Shown: positions 36,101 to 45,613 of the stretch, piece by piece
Layout: each line of letters begins with the position of its first letter
Position numbering within the stretch: position 1 is the stretch's first letter
Origin: Phoronis australis
Taxonomy: Eukaryota; Animalia; Phoronida
Reading direction: 5' to 3'
NCBI GenBank assembly: GCA_002633005.1
Contig: NMRA01000365.1
Span: forward strand, 397,503-451,817
Length of the DNA stretch: 54,315 nt
Program-made: the position numbers and the translations under genes
Notes under the pieces: model-generated
Database searches by the model: none
Told to the model about the DNA's origin: nothing
Seen by the model: only the letters and a program-made list of their open reading frames with translations

Positions 36101-39100
36101 CCTGTAAACAAATTGTCTCTAGGTCACACATCGTGATCTGTTGAGCACTTTGATAGATAAGAACTAGCTGTCTTGTCGAACATTGTTGAAAACTTAAGCG
36201 TCCAAGAGGGTGGTCAAATCAAAACAGAAATTGACTGCTGTCAGCGCATCCATCCCGACCTGATGTCTAGGTGCGAAATTTCATCCAGTTGTGCCTATCG
36301 GTTTTTTAGCTAATCAACCTCATGTCAAAAAGTGCATCAGCCACCAGGGGGTGCTACGGCAGCCAAATTTGTCCGAAAATCGACTGGTGCCGACGCATCC
36401 CCGCCATCTGTCATCATGAGGTGAATAGTTGCAAACTAACAGGGGGTGCCACAGTAGTTGAATCCATCGAAAAATCAACAGGTGCTGGCACATTCTCACC
36501 ATATACCTCTCTATCGAATTTCATCATGATCCGTTGAACAGTTTTTGAGATAATTGATTAACAAAGAATGGCTCGTCGAAAACTAAAACAGCCAACATGG
36601 GTGACCAAGGTAACCGAGTCTATCCGAAAATCGACTTATGCTGCCAAATCTCCGCAAAGTACGTACCTCTCTACCAAATTTCATCATGATCTGTTCAGCA
36701 TTTCTTGAGATAATTGACGGTCAAGAAATGATAATGACAGACCGACGGAGGAACATACGTAATATGCCACCACAAAAGTTTTATGGGAGCAGAAATATTC
36801 TGTCAGATCACAACTCATGTCAGTTACCAGAAACGTGCTGTTCAAAGACACCTGTGAGCAATACACCAGGTGTCTCTCTCAACCAGGTGTCTCTGTAATG
36901 TCTTACTATCACATTTTTCAATTTCATTAATCTGTGAATCTCAGTGTTTCCACAGATGCTTTTAGGCTGCTACGCCAAGTGAATATTGGAAATTGTCTAT
37001 CTGACTCGTACTTTGTAGTAAAAAATTTATCTTTGCAGTGTTGACACCAGTTTAGTGTTGCAATAATTTTCATTCTGATATGGCTGTACATGTGCCTGCT
37101 AGCAAGTTGCCCGTGACTTGAGTAGTGGCGTAGAGTATCATACATATTCCATACTGTACACTAGCAACATGGGCCTTTCTTGTTGTTTTTGGAAAATTTC
37201 AGGTATGTGCTAAGTGAATTTTTGGTGAGTTATGAAGTTTTTTCATAGAGGCTATTAAGTTCGTGTTTGGCTGAAAATACCCACCTGTCAACATTTACCG
37301 GGCAACACGGACCAATTTTAACAACTTGCTTCTTTTAAGGACCACCCATAATTTAAAATTCCTTCAAAAAGACAACCACCAATTAATTTTTATTTCAATT
37401 GCCGTCCCCCTCCCATACAAGTTTTGCTGGAACAGTCCTCAATATTCTTACGTAACTGTGTACTATGTAAATAGGTTGATGTCCATGACAGTGCACTGAG
37501 TTCCTTGTTTTTCCTCCTCGTTAAGATCTGGACCAATGTTAATTAAAAAGGAGTGTTTTCGTGAAGAACTGGTGGGAAATTCTGGGTAGGTTTCATAATG
37601 GAAGTATACTTCCAGACGCAAGGAAAAATTTTGTCTTGTCAAACGGAAATGGTGAATTTTCTCCCATCCAACATTCTAGCCTCCCTGACTAGTTACATTA
37701 GTGTTAGCCATTTTGTTAGTGTATACATTAGTGTTAGCCATTTTGTTAGTGTATGCATTAGTGTTAGCCATTTTGTAAGTGTATACATTAGTCTTAGCCA
37801 TTTTGTTAGTGTATACATTAGTCTTAGCCATTTTGTTAGTGTATACATTAGTCTTAGCCATTTTGTTAGTGTATACATTAGTGCTAGCCATTTTGATAGT
37901 GTATACATTAGTCTTAGCCATTTTGTTAGTGTATATATTAGTGTTAGCCATTTTGTTAGTGTATACATTAGTGTTAGCCATTTTGTTAGTGTTTGCATTA
38001 GTGGTAGCCATTTTGTTAGTGTTTGCATTAGTGTTAGCCATTTTGTTAGTGTATACATTAGTGTTAGCCATTTTGTTAGTGTATACATTAGTGTTAGCTA
38101 GCTAAAATATAGCCAAAGTTACGTATTCTCATTTAAAATACACGGCAAGATCTCGCGTCAAGAATCTCGCGAATCTTGCTTTTTAGCGAGGTCCTAGCGT
38201 TACTGAATGGGAGGCAGGTATACTATCTCAGTTAGCACTGTCTCTATTCTCGTTTGATGTGCGACTTTGAAGTGGCGCGGGTGTATGTTCCCACACTTAG
38301 CTGGAGTGCATGTTACATTGACAGCAACACGTGTGAGTGACAGGTGACTCATACATACGCGCGTGCTCAGCCCCAGAAATTATAGTAGGGCTGGAGAATT
38401 TGTTCGCTGTCTTGACATAAAAAAGATGCATTTCCAAGTCACTGTCTGTCGGGACATTGCGCGCAAACAGCGGGATCGACCAGTGCCGCAGTGGGAGGAT
38501 ATTGTTGGGGATGATGTAATATGCTAATCAGGGCAGCTTGCATGAAAAATATATGTTTTTTTCAAAAATTTGCAAAAGTAGCCAAAAACACCAGCCAATG
38601 AATCGCGTCAAAGATCGGTTCTGAATTATCCAAAGACGTTATCCCATGTTCACGCAACACGTTTACAACTCAGTGAAGAGGGTCGAGAGTTCAACTTGAT
38701 TTGGAAACAAGCAAATAACGGCCAGATTTGCTCAAGTGCCAGGTATCTACTTGCCACCAAAAGCTAGCCTAGGCTCGCGTTCTTGGGAATTTCCTGGTCG
38801 CATGTTGCGACTTGATACGAAATGACCAGTCTTGGCTCGCATTTCCAAACTTCAGGTCGCGAATGTCCTGCGCTGAGTTGATTACAACCGACACCAAACT
38901 AGCGCGTACTCGCTGAGTAGACATTGGTGGTTAGTCACTAACTTACCGCGGCTACCGATTACCCAAATAACTGGCGATTTGTTTACAAGTTATTTTTACC
39001 AACAAAGATACATGTACGAACTATTTTTTGCACGATCACATAGGACTCCCACTGTACGGATTCTTTAGACTCACCCCGAGTCAAAGTCATAAAATATTAA

Positions 39101-42100
39101 GCAAATACTTGCTGTTGAGTAATGCCCTTGCAGTAACTTTTGATTGACGACTGACTCATGTCTGCTTACCTCCGATTCTCATCTTCATTACGTAGCGTGT
39201 TTCATGCAATGGCAACTGAAGTTAGCCGTGCTGCACTAAACCTTAGGTTGACAATTCATTGGGTTGGGAGTCTAGAACATAAACATTCCCAACCATAAAA
39301 AACACCTTAATCAGTTTTTCAAATATTTATTTCGTCAAACAACTCATTAATTGCTCTCTGAATTCAGAACTTTACAGCTAATACGCACATGTCACGGGAC
39401 CATTGTGGCCATAAATTTAATCCTTGTTATGTAACCTCTGCAACACGTAAAGATTGCACGCGCGCACTTCGCCACATGAGAATAGTTGCATTCAAACTGG
39501 AGCACTGTATAGTCATTTGTCGTCTGTGCACTACAGTCACCAGAATCAGCTCTAAGAAGACTATGGGACTGCACGGTACTGTTACTCCGCACTTTTGTAA
39601 ATTTATTTGTGTAGTACTAATCTGAGGATAACATAACCTTATTGGGAAAATCCGCTTTTTGACAATTTTACCACCATTTGGTGAGACACTGGAAAATCTT
39701 ATCACTATTTCCACATTTTCTGTCGCCCAAAATGGCGATCTGAAAAATGACTTTTTGAGCTCTATGCTGGCGTAGTAAAGCAAGTAACGGATCCCGATCA
39801 CCTGAATAGAATTGGCGCTTATTGATTTGTGTTGAAAATTTCCATTTTACCGATCCGAAAAGCTTGTACGAATTATTTTTTCGGATGCAAACATGTGTAC
39901 AAACTATTTTTCCCTGGGGCGCCTACTGTACGAACTATTGGAGACAAACAATATATTTCAAGGGTCCTGTACGAACTAATAGAGTGTACGAATTTAATAG
40001 AGAAAACACCGTAGGTTATTTTCCCGTTGTAATGGGGTATGTACATGGAGTAAAACCTAGGAGAGGCTCCTCTTGCATAACACAATAGGGGGAGCTAAAA
40101 ACTGGCCATGAGTTGAAAATTGTGTTTTGTCTTAGTTTTGATTGTTGATCATATACAGTATTGTTGGCATGCAGGTATATTTGCCTAAGTTTTCTTTGAA
40201 ATTTCTCAAAGCATTCACAGACCAATTGACAAGTTGATTAATTAATGCACGAGTAAGGAAATTACTGGTTTCGCATATTGCCTAATAGATGGAGCAACAT
40301 GTAATCTTAAGGCAATATATATCAACGTTTGTAAAGTTGTTTCACATTTCTTTAAATGTCCATTTTCAACCAATAAAAGTATGTTTTTTTAAAATTCTTT
40401 TGATTCAGAAATTTTAATTTATGGCTCTAAACGTTGCACCATTATTTATAAGACCAAAAAAGCTTATTTGGTACCCTGCCAACTCATTTTGAGACCTCTA
40501 CTGACGGACTAAAAAATGCCTACTCGTGTCAGCCAAGGCTTTATGTTTTTTAAGAAAGTTGCACTAAGGCACAGAAGCAAGGTTTGAAACACTGTGATTT
40601 GCCAAGCAATTAGTAAAAATTTCACCATTTTAGCGCGTGAATTTTCTTTTTTAAAAAAGTGAGCAACTTGAAAAAAGCAAACCACTGGCTATATTTTCAA
40701 AAAGTCCACACAATGCTTTTTAGGCCTTATCATAAGATTCATTTTTTGTGGAAAATGTCATTTTTTTCTTAGAGAAACAGCAGAAAATGCATAATTCCCA
40801 GTGTCAATATTTAGGGAATTGTACCTCAGGTTTACCCTCAAACAACAGAAATATCATCTAACAGTGTCTCTTAAAGCAACATCCAAAGTTTGATTTTTTG
40901 TCGTCTTGTTGTCTATAATCTATGCTGGCACTAGACAGTACAATTTTATGGATATCTATGCTAGCACTGGACAGTATGATTTCATGCATATCTATGCGGG
41001 CACTAGACAGTACGATTTCGTGTTGAGAAAGTTTGGATTTGTTTTAGGCTCTGGGCTCCGGGATACGGGCTGGAGCTCATAAAGATGGGCTTCAGCATGA
41101 TGCAGTTGACAGGAGAGGTACCGCCCGAGGATTGGGTCAGGCTTTTCCAGGTGAGATGTGATGGGATCTTTCACTCTCATTTGAGGGGTTCTCTTGTGGC
41201 ACCAGTTGGTGCCAAGGATTAGTTTATAGGATAGGAAGGTGTATTACTGTGTGTACTCTTCTCGGGGATGCCCAAAAGAGCCTGTATCAAAAAAGTGTCC
41301 CATGGGTTTTTTATGAAAAATTCTCCATTAAGGACTTTTTTGAAAATATTTCAAAATTGATGCTTGTCAAAAGAAACATGTTGGTCAGATTTGTTATATT
41401 AGGAAATTATCTACCAAAAATGACTTCTTACACCATACCTTTGAAGCCCATGGCTGAATGAGGGCTTTGCAGGCAGCATTATAAGTTTCTTGATGAGCAC
41501 TGCCACTACATTCTGCAAGTCCTCCCTGGGTGTTCTGTTTGGACCATATTGGTAATCCTTAAAAGGTTACAGAATTGGATCATGATGACCTGCTATAGCA
41601 AGAAACATTTCTCTCACCAGAACAGAAAGTCATCACTATGTGCATACTAGTCATGAAACTGTTAATGTGTTTTCCTGACTAAACATTGGGGAGAACACTA
41701 CTGCATGTGTAGGTTTTTGTGCTAAACGCTATTGTTGGTGTACTTAGTTGATGGAGTAGGTGAGGTACAGATGCTGACCAGTTCCTCATTCATAATGGTT
41801 GAAATCATAGATAACTTGTGTGCGTGTGTGTGTGCGTGCGTGTGTAGCCTGGTTCATAATCTGCATCTTAGGTGGTGAGATTGGACTTGAGCATTATTAG
41901 GTGATATGAGCCTCGAGAATCTTTCATACAAAAGATTTGCAAATCTGTGTATTAATTTGATGCATTTTGAGACTGCCTTTCAGGCTTTCATTTCATATTA
42001 TGATTGCTTAGTTGTACTTGCATCAAAAAGCATGTTGCAGTCAACCTGTGCTCTCACTTCTGCTCTACTCAAGCGAATGTGCTGTTTTCCCACATATTCT

Positions 42101-42368
42101 TTACAAATCTCCATGTCATCTACTTATCTGTGATGTCACCAGATGTTTACGAGCTGACAAATGTCACACAATGTAGTTGAGATTTCTCGGATTCATTTGA
42201 AATCTTGTTGAGGTAGTTTGCACTTCATTTGTCTCAATAGTTGTTACAAGAAATGTTGTACTGTTTCAGGCCTTTCTAGAGTCTCCTTATTACAGTGACT
42301 CTAGCTTCAAGACAGCATTTGAAGCACAGAGCCAAGGACTCTTCTCTGAAAGTGTAACTGAAGACTAG
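8965..42368 (+). CDS. TFB2M: Mitochondrial transcription factor B2 (dimethyladenosine transferase 2-like), 9 coding exons, 399 aa
   Basis: join(8965..9157,11827..11987,16347..16527,26453..26607,28220..28315,31868..31915,35117..35280,41048..41150,42270..42368). All introns are GT-AG, with compatible phases 1,0,1,0,0,0,2,0. The total is 1200 nt, open, ending in TAG. Peptides LIELSPGYGILTKVLLNAGVKKLVAFEPD, DGRLKYFGQDFMKL, LYAVGRPEFFLFVG, LYFVHLRPKQYLY and LIPRFELWAPGYG follow the order of TFB2M/mtTFB2 motifs as I recall them. Confidence 0.9.
9748..10765 (+). mobile_element. Helentron-like non-autonomous repeat, family B, copy 1
   Basis: Starts TTTTTATGGGCCCACATA. It shares internal blocks (ctctatcaaccaaacc, aaaattggcatg, cctcctagtggca) with the copies at 28.5, 33.7, 35.5 and 42.8 kb. 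Its 3' end differs from the other copies. Confidence 0.7.
11238..11480. mobile_element. Decayed hAT-type MITE
   Basis: Imperfect TIRs taggcccatagcc / ggctacggacccg; TSD not recognisable. Confidence 0.4.
11827..11987 (+). CDS. TFB2M: TFB2M exon 2, SAM-binding motif I region
   Basis: tttcag|CT acceptor; DLMSGISVDLKDPRSTLIELSPGYGILTKVLLNAGVKKLVAFEPDLNYHQHLE; GAG|gttagg donor. Confidence 0.92.
12044..12415. mobile_element. hAT-type MITE left arm (truncated)
   Basis: Begins CAGGGCTTGGAATTTTCC, identical to the start of the complete element at 16010, with repeated ttccgc subterminal motifs. No right TIR found. Confidence 0.55.
12466..12546 (+). ncRNA. Degenerate type-I hammerhead ribozyme-like motif
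   Basis: CTGACGA-T-GCT[gtggccaa]AGC-GAAA-CCTG...CAGG-TT: core boxes, stem II and stem III are present. Stem I is imperfect. Confidence 0.45.
13227..15770 (-). mobile_element. Decayed L1/Tx1-clade LINE ORF2 (RT and part of endonuclease/linker)
   Basis: Frameshifted - strand motifs in the expected order: GLWKINNSLFEDEEYV, NNKSPGNDGLTYEFYK, NWRPISLLNTDYKILTKVL, FCKAYDTIKW, RGVKQGDSLSGPLF, LQYADDTTLF. Confidence 0.92.
14782..15019 (+). mobile_element. Penelope-like element GIY-YIG endonuclease fragment nested in the LINE
   Basis: DCTTNNII*LITCKKCSLQYIG then, after an internal deletion, IGNHFNSKNHNLQDLSVQIIEK...RLKREQFWIDKLNTLEPHGLNIKTS-stop. These are the characteristic PLE GIY-YIG motifs. Confidence 0.85.
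16010..16258. mobile_element. hAT-type MITE
   Basis: Perfect 13-bp TIR CAGGGCTTGGAAT / ATTCCAAGCCCTG. The 8-bp flanks tttttttt and ttttttgt are consistent with an 8-bp TSD. Confidence 0.75.
16347..16527 (+). CDS. TFB2M: TFB2M exon 3
   Basis: tactag|GCA; ALQADLNDGRLKYFGQDFMKLPRL...QTSWEE; G|gtgaat. Confidence 0.88.
17103..17242. mobile_element. Small MITE
   Basis: 10-bp TIR GGCCAAAAAA / TTTTTTGGCC, flanked by TAA and TGA. Confidence 0.45.
18931..20990 (+). pseudogene. Spliced SAP-like + YqaJ (lambda-exonuclease-like) transposon gene remnant
   Basis: Pseudo-exons at about 18931..19022 (KGASTRGSKHDLTQR|L, SAP-like), 19423..19625 and 20490..~20990. The last reads RFIDICKAT...LHGTLYKPVALEKFESQY*VTIRKCASGLFLCEEALYVTATPASLIG...LNLKKTY*HSGLGQGQI...FIFKDLILVVI...PKLDLVYKR. 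It matches the YqaJ motifs HG..YE..A, CGLF....YLAASPDGLI and LK..H.YY.QVQGQ, with stops, frameshifts and decayed catalytic residues. Confidence 0.75.
21560..21613. repeat. (CATA)n microsatellite
   Basis: About 13 perfect CATA units. Confidence 0.97.
21744..21979. mobile_element. Decayed TA-flanked MITE (Tigger/pogo-like)
   Basis: Imperfect inverted ends ta-cggttaagcctcaccaatttcgga versus tcctaaattggtgagattctaatg-ta. Confidence 0.4.
22791..23113. repeat. 23-bp minisatellite
   Basis: About 14 copies of gacatgtaacttgcacattttgt. This explains the three overlapping repetitive ORFs. Confidence 0.95.
23254..26145 (-). mobile_element. Helitron/Helentron-like non-autonomous element, family A, with a second copy inside (about 25269..26080)
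   Basis: On the - strand each copy ends in the hairpin ATTATTGTCACG-C-CGTGACAATAAT followed by CTTTCTAG|TT. A 23-bp perfect subterminal inverted repeat TGACAATAATGGACTCTGCGCGT / ACGCGCAGAGTCCATTATTGTCA spans the outer copy. Internal tandem units are about 410-430 bp (anchor aaatgcacctaatgacc). Confidence 0.8.
26453..26607 (+). CDS. TFB2M: TFB2M exon 4
   Basis: ttttcatttcag|AG; PLVRVLGVTACNRQKELLFLRKLLFGLATQESLYAVGRPEFFLFVGPDEYD; GAT|gtatgt. Confidence 0.9.
26995..27710. repeat. ~40-bp minisatellite interrupted by a MITE
   Basis: aatataggactcatttatgaatggtaaaa units lie on both sides of the 27175..27596 insertion. Confidence 0.8.
27175..27596. mobile_element. Fold-back MITE with ~140-bp TIRs
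   Basis: atatgtagaaaattaaatcaattactg...ggccactgagatgtcacgtgactcat is mirrored by atgagtcacgtgacatctcagtggcc...cagtaattgatttaattttttacatat. Confidence 0.85.
28220..28315 (+). CDS. TFB2M: TFB2M exon 5
   Basis: tttcatag|GTG; VMTMPFPPSNLTKYRPPAVFYKLFFDITLIDK; AAG|gtgatt. Confidence 0.85.
28533..29877 (+). mobile_element. Helentron-like family B, complete copy 2
   Basis: 5' TTTTTATGCGGCCACATA. At the 3' end, TGTGGGTGCAT (subterminal IR), hairpin caatgc-tcc-gcattg and terminal CTCTTGTT. Internal tandem blocks. Confidence 0.8.
29884..29962. repeat. 21-bp tandem repeat
   Basis: About 4 copies of tgttagctacaacacaacagg. Confidence 0.85.
30461..30608. repeat. 18-bp minisatellite
   Basis: About 8 copies of gtttggtgatacgtccat. 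Confidence 0.95.
30698..30953. repeat. 42-bp minisatellite
   Basis: About 6 copies of atgaacttgtctgtacccttgagaaatggcaaaacgttgat-type units. Confidence 0.93.
31068..31540. repeat. 49/50-bp palindromic minisatellite
   Basis: 9-10 copies of aagtggccccctgtattaatattgggggcaccacccaaaggctacca(tt)a; no unique spacers. Confidence 0.95.
31868..31915 (+). CDS. TFB2M: TFB2M exon 6 (48 nt)
   Basis: attttag|GTT; VPKTCFTPKLPVRIKK; AAG|gtaagt consensus donor; phase 0/0. Confidence 0.78.
32524..32632. repeat. Fold-back inverted duplication of a tRNA-derived SINE head
   Basis: ~50-bp arms around a 9-nt loop. Each arm contains GGTTCGATTCCC (B box / T arm). Confidence 0.8.
33707..34930 (+). mobile_element. Helentron-like family B, complete copy 3
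   Basis: TTTTTATGCACCCACATA start, shared internal blocks, terminal TGCTCTTGTT. Confidence 0.8.
35117..35280 (+). CDS. TFB2M: TFB2M exon 7
   Basis: ttttttccag|AGA; RADAENDPSFLYFVHLRPKQYLYRDVCSLEYFPAFLFFVQQLMYKRKWRLIPRF; GA|gtgagt. Confidence 0.88.
35330..37438. mobile_element. PIF/Harbinger-type MITE expanded by nested insertions
   Basis: TIR GGGCTGTTCCAG...ATGGGAGGGGG versus CCCCCTCCCAT...CTGGAACAGTCC, with a 3-bp direct repeat TCA on both flanks (35327-35329, 37439-37441). Confidence 0.75.
35508..36070 (+). mobile_element. Helentron-like family B, truncated copy 4 (nested in the Harbinger MITE)
   Basis: TTTTCATGCGCCCACATA start and shared internal blocks; no 3' end. Confidence 0.75.
37695..38099. 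repeat. 30-bp minisatellite
   Basis: About 13.5 copies of tagtgttagccattttgttagtgtatacat. This explains four overlapping repetitive ORFs. Confidence 0.97.
38120..40012 (-). mobile_element. Decayed TIR transposon sharing internal sequence with the 1921..4681 element
   Basis: 38237..38370 is the diverged reverse complement of about 3362..3496, and 39118..39210 that of about 2640..2731. The right end carries tgtacgaa subterminal repeats and atagagaaaacaccgta. The left boundary is uncertain. Confidence 0.65.
40919..41020. repeat. 36-bp tandem repeat upstream of the exon 8 acceptor
   Basis: Three copies of tctatgctggcactagacagtacaattt.. at 40919, 40955 and 40991. Confidence 0.85.
41048..41150 (+). 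CDS. TFB2M: TFB2M exon 8
   Basis: gttttag|G; LWAPGYGLELIKMGFSMMQLTGEVPPEDWVRLFQ; CAG|gtgaga. Confidence 0.88.
42270..42368 (+). CDS. TFB2M: TFB2M terminal coding exon 9
   Basis: ctgtttcag|GCC; AFLESPYYSDSSFKTAFEAQSQGLFSESVTED then TAG. Confidence 0.85.
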   Translation, partial: AFLESPYYSDSSFKTAFEAQSQGLFSESVTED

Positions 42369-42768
42369 TTACTGAGTACTACTTTAGTCATTATCAGTGA
42401 AATTAATGCAAGGCAAATTATATGAAGTAGCATCATGATGAACACACAGGCATGTAGATTCTTGAACAAGATATTATAAAGTATGGAAATGAAAAGTACA
42501 TGCAAGGACGCGTAACTTCCATCACAATTCCTCATCAGTGGGACTGGTGAACGTATTGATATACTATTCTTAGCGACATCTTGAGACTATTTTTTAAAAA
42601 TTCAGGCTCTAGCCTTTGGGCATGTTTTGTATTGTAAAATTAGATGTGTTGTCAAAGTGTGATCGTAAACTTGGACAAAAATAACTCTTTGTTTTTACCA
42701 TCAAATATAGCAGCACTATTTTGTGAAGGGTAAATTAGTCTCATTTTTTCCTTTCTCATAGCATGTTC

Positions 42769-42774
42769 AATAAA
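42769..42774 (+). terminator. Candidate polyadenylation signal of TFB2M
   Basis: AATAAA about 400 nt after the stop codon, just before a transposon copy starting at 42842. Confidence 0.55.
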
Positions 42775-42841
42775 ATCTAAGAAATATCTGGCTCTACACG
42801 TAAGAAACCTCCGCTTTTAATCCCCCTGCAGTGCCATCAAT

Positions 42842-43656
42842 AACAAGAGCAATGCAGAGCATTGATATGCACCCACAAATGCACCGCAAATGGTGTGCTT
42901 TTAGGGTTGTTTATTTATATCGTAAAAATGGCCACAAGATAGCACAACATATGTCGAATCCATCCAAAAATGGGGGGATAGTGTCATTCCTTCAATAGAT
43001 ACCTATATTCCAAATTTTATGAAAATACGTCAAGATAAACGTAAAAAACTAAAATTGCCACTAGGGGGGACAACGGTAATCAGATCCGTTGGAAAGTCAT
43101 AGTCGTGTGTTGCCAACTTCATATAAATACACTTCCTAAATTTAAAGAGGGATTAGGAGATACAACAGTTGGCGCGAAAAACAATACTGTCAATAGGAGG
43201 CACCACAGTAGTCGAAGTCCACGGAAAATCATCAGCCATCCTCTTCCTAGTAAGAACATACATGCCAATTTTCACAATCTTCCTTAGAGCAGTTTGGTTG
43301 ATAGAGGGGAGGATGCCAAAAACAAGACTCGAAAACAGTAAAAAATGGCCACTAGGTGGTGCGAAATACCTCAAATCCGAAAATGTGGATAGCGTCATCT
43401 CTCTAATAGATGCCTATATGCCAAATTTTATGAAAATCCATTGAGGACCTTTGAAGACACAGAGGTAAACGTAAAATAATAAAATTGTCACTAGGGGGCA
43501 CTCCAGTAGTCGGATCCATGACAGGAACACCTGCAAAAATTTCATAAACATACGTCAAAGGGTTTTGGAGATTGAGCAGCGGACGCCGGACGGATCGACA
43601 CGAGACACGGATGATGGCATAATGTGTCCACATGTGAATACGTGGGCACATAAAAA
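42842..43656 (-). mobile_element. Helentron-like family B, complete copy 5 (reverse orientation)
   Basis: AACAAGAGCAATGCAGAGCATTG...ATGCACCCACA start and GTGGGCACATAAAAA end are reverse complements of the family B termini. Confidence 0.82.
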
Positions 43657-44450
43657 TCATTGTTTTGATTGGTTATTTGAGGAGGAACCCTTTGTTTTGG
43701 TTGAACTACATGAAAAAGAATGGATCGAATAGAGGTCATCGATAGTTTCTATGGGAAAATTCGCCACCGCTATTTCCCATTTTAGTTTGAAGTTTTCGAT
43801 TTCAGCTCGACACAATTAATGCTGCAAGGGCCTTTCTGAAGTGTTATCATTTGTAGACAGAAAAAAATGTGCTTAATGTATCGGAATTTTGAGTAGCAAA
43901 CAATTCAATACTCTTAAAAGATTTACAGCAAGACTGTTGTTAAAATTACATTTTGGAAAGCGTGTGCCGTCCTGGTAACAGGACAAGGTAAATACAGAAC
44001 ATAGACTTGTGATCTCTTTTATTTCAAACTCGAGCTCAACAAAATGTGTCAAGCATTACCTCAACAATAATGCAATAAGATGAACATAATGCAGCACAAC
44101 TGGGAGCAACTAGCAGATCACTTAAAAACATGATACAAGAAAAACGTTTTACATAATAAGTTATTAAATTAATATTTACAATATATACACTAAAAAATAC
44201 AATGTTGAATTCCATGCTTTTAGCACCAGAAAGTTGCACTGAGTAATAGCTGAGAACGTTTTGTAACATTGATTTGAGCATTAACAAGTACATACAAAGA
44301 CAAGTTTAATAAAAAATATAACTTTGGTCCATATAAAATAGATTAAAAATCCTATTGGGGAATGGCATCTAAATGAATATTGATATCAAGAAAGGAAAAC
44401 ACAAAGTGGCTAAGAAAAAAAAGGTGGGAAATATCGAGTAATTATACAGG

Positions 44451-44676
44451 TATATAATATCACTTGTGAAGTAGTCGCTGTGTATAGTATCACTTGTGAA
44501 GTAGTCGCTGTATGTAGTATCACTTGTGAAGTAGTCTCTGTGTATAGTATCACTTGTGAAGTAGTCGCTGTATATAGTATCACTTGTGAAGTAGTCGCTG
44601 TATGTAGTATCACTTGTGAAGTAGTCGCTGTATGTAGTATCACTTGTGAAGTAGTCGCTGTATGTAGTATCACTTG
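44451..44676. repeat. 30-bp minisatellite
   Basis: About 7.5 copies of tatcacttgtgaagtagtcgctgtatgtag. Confidence 0.96.
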
Positions 44677-45289
44677 AGTTGTCACTGGCTTGGCAAGTAT
44701 TCTCGAGATGATGTAGGCTGACTGGATATAAGTCAACATGTGAGACTACACCTACATTATTGACACAAAATAATTCCTCAAAATCGTTGAAGTATCACAC
44801 TTGGTTTTCTCTTAAGTTACACCAACTCAGAGTGATGCTTTTGAACAAATAGCTCCAAATCAACAAGTGTGCAAGTAAAATATTCCGGTCACAACCATAC
44901 AGCAATTTTTACAAGTTTGTCTGTTTCACTTTAATGATTAAAAATCATGATTAGCCATTTTCAAGGTTCAATTGCTGGTTATTTCCACGGAAATTAAAAA
45001 TCCACTGGATTTTATGAAAGATTAAATTTAGCAACTGAGGCATTTAAGTTAGTAAAATTTGAAAAACTTCTTGGTAAATAAGAGTAAACAATGAACTGCT
45101 AAATGACATCATAATTATAAATTTGACAGCATGAGAGAAGTACTAGAGGAAAAATCTTGTCAAAACTTGAAATGAACAGCCATCTCAAATTACAACTTTA
45201 ATTTTCCAGGACATAACAAAAGTTCAAAAAAAATGTAATTCTAAATTTAGTCACTAGTTCCGTCCAATAACTTAATAATCTCTCAACAC

Positions 45290-45613
45290 AAATGATTACA
45301 GGTAGCTCATGTTAATACTATTTTTTGCAAAGGAATTTCCTGTCCCAAAATTTCCCATTGATGGAGTGAGATGAATGAGTAAATAGTCTGCCTGATTCTG
45401 GGAAATTCCAAAGGCAATCGTGACTCACAAATAATTACAGTCAGGTAGCTCATGTTATACTATTCTTTTACTATACTATTTTTTTACTCACAAAGAGCAA
45501 GCTACCTTGATGACCTCATAAGGTGACTTATTGCAAAGGAATTTCCTGTCCCAAAATTTCCCATTGATAGTGAGATGAATGAGCAAATAGTTGACTAATT
45601 CTGGGAAATTCCA
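45290..45613. repeat. Local direct duplication (~110 bp, second copy interrupted)
   Basis: caggtagctcatgtt...ttgcaaaggaatttcctgtcccaaaatttcccattgat...attctgggaaattcca occurs twice. Confidence 0.8.

Noticed and set aside
37475-37590. Candidate extra TFB2M exon after an AG at 37474
   Set aside because: There is an in-frame TGA in the required phase, and exon 7 joins 41048 directly with continuous homology.
37598-38105. Four overlapping ORFs, including membrane-like YTLVLAILLV repeats
   Set aside because: Artefact of a 30-bp minisatellite; open on both strands.
44410-44739. TATTSQVILH mucin-like ORF
   Set aside because: Artefact of a 30-bp minisatellite; no supporting splice structure.
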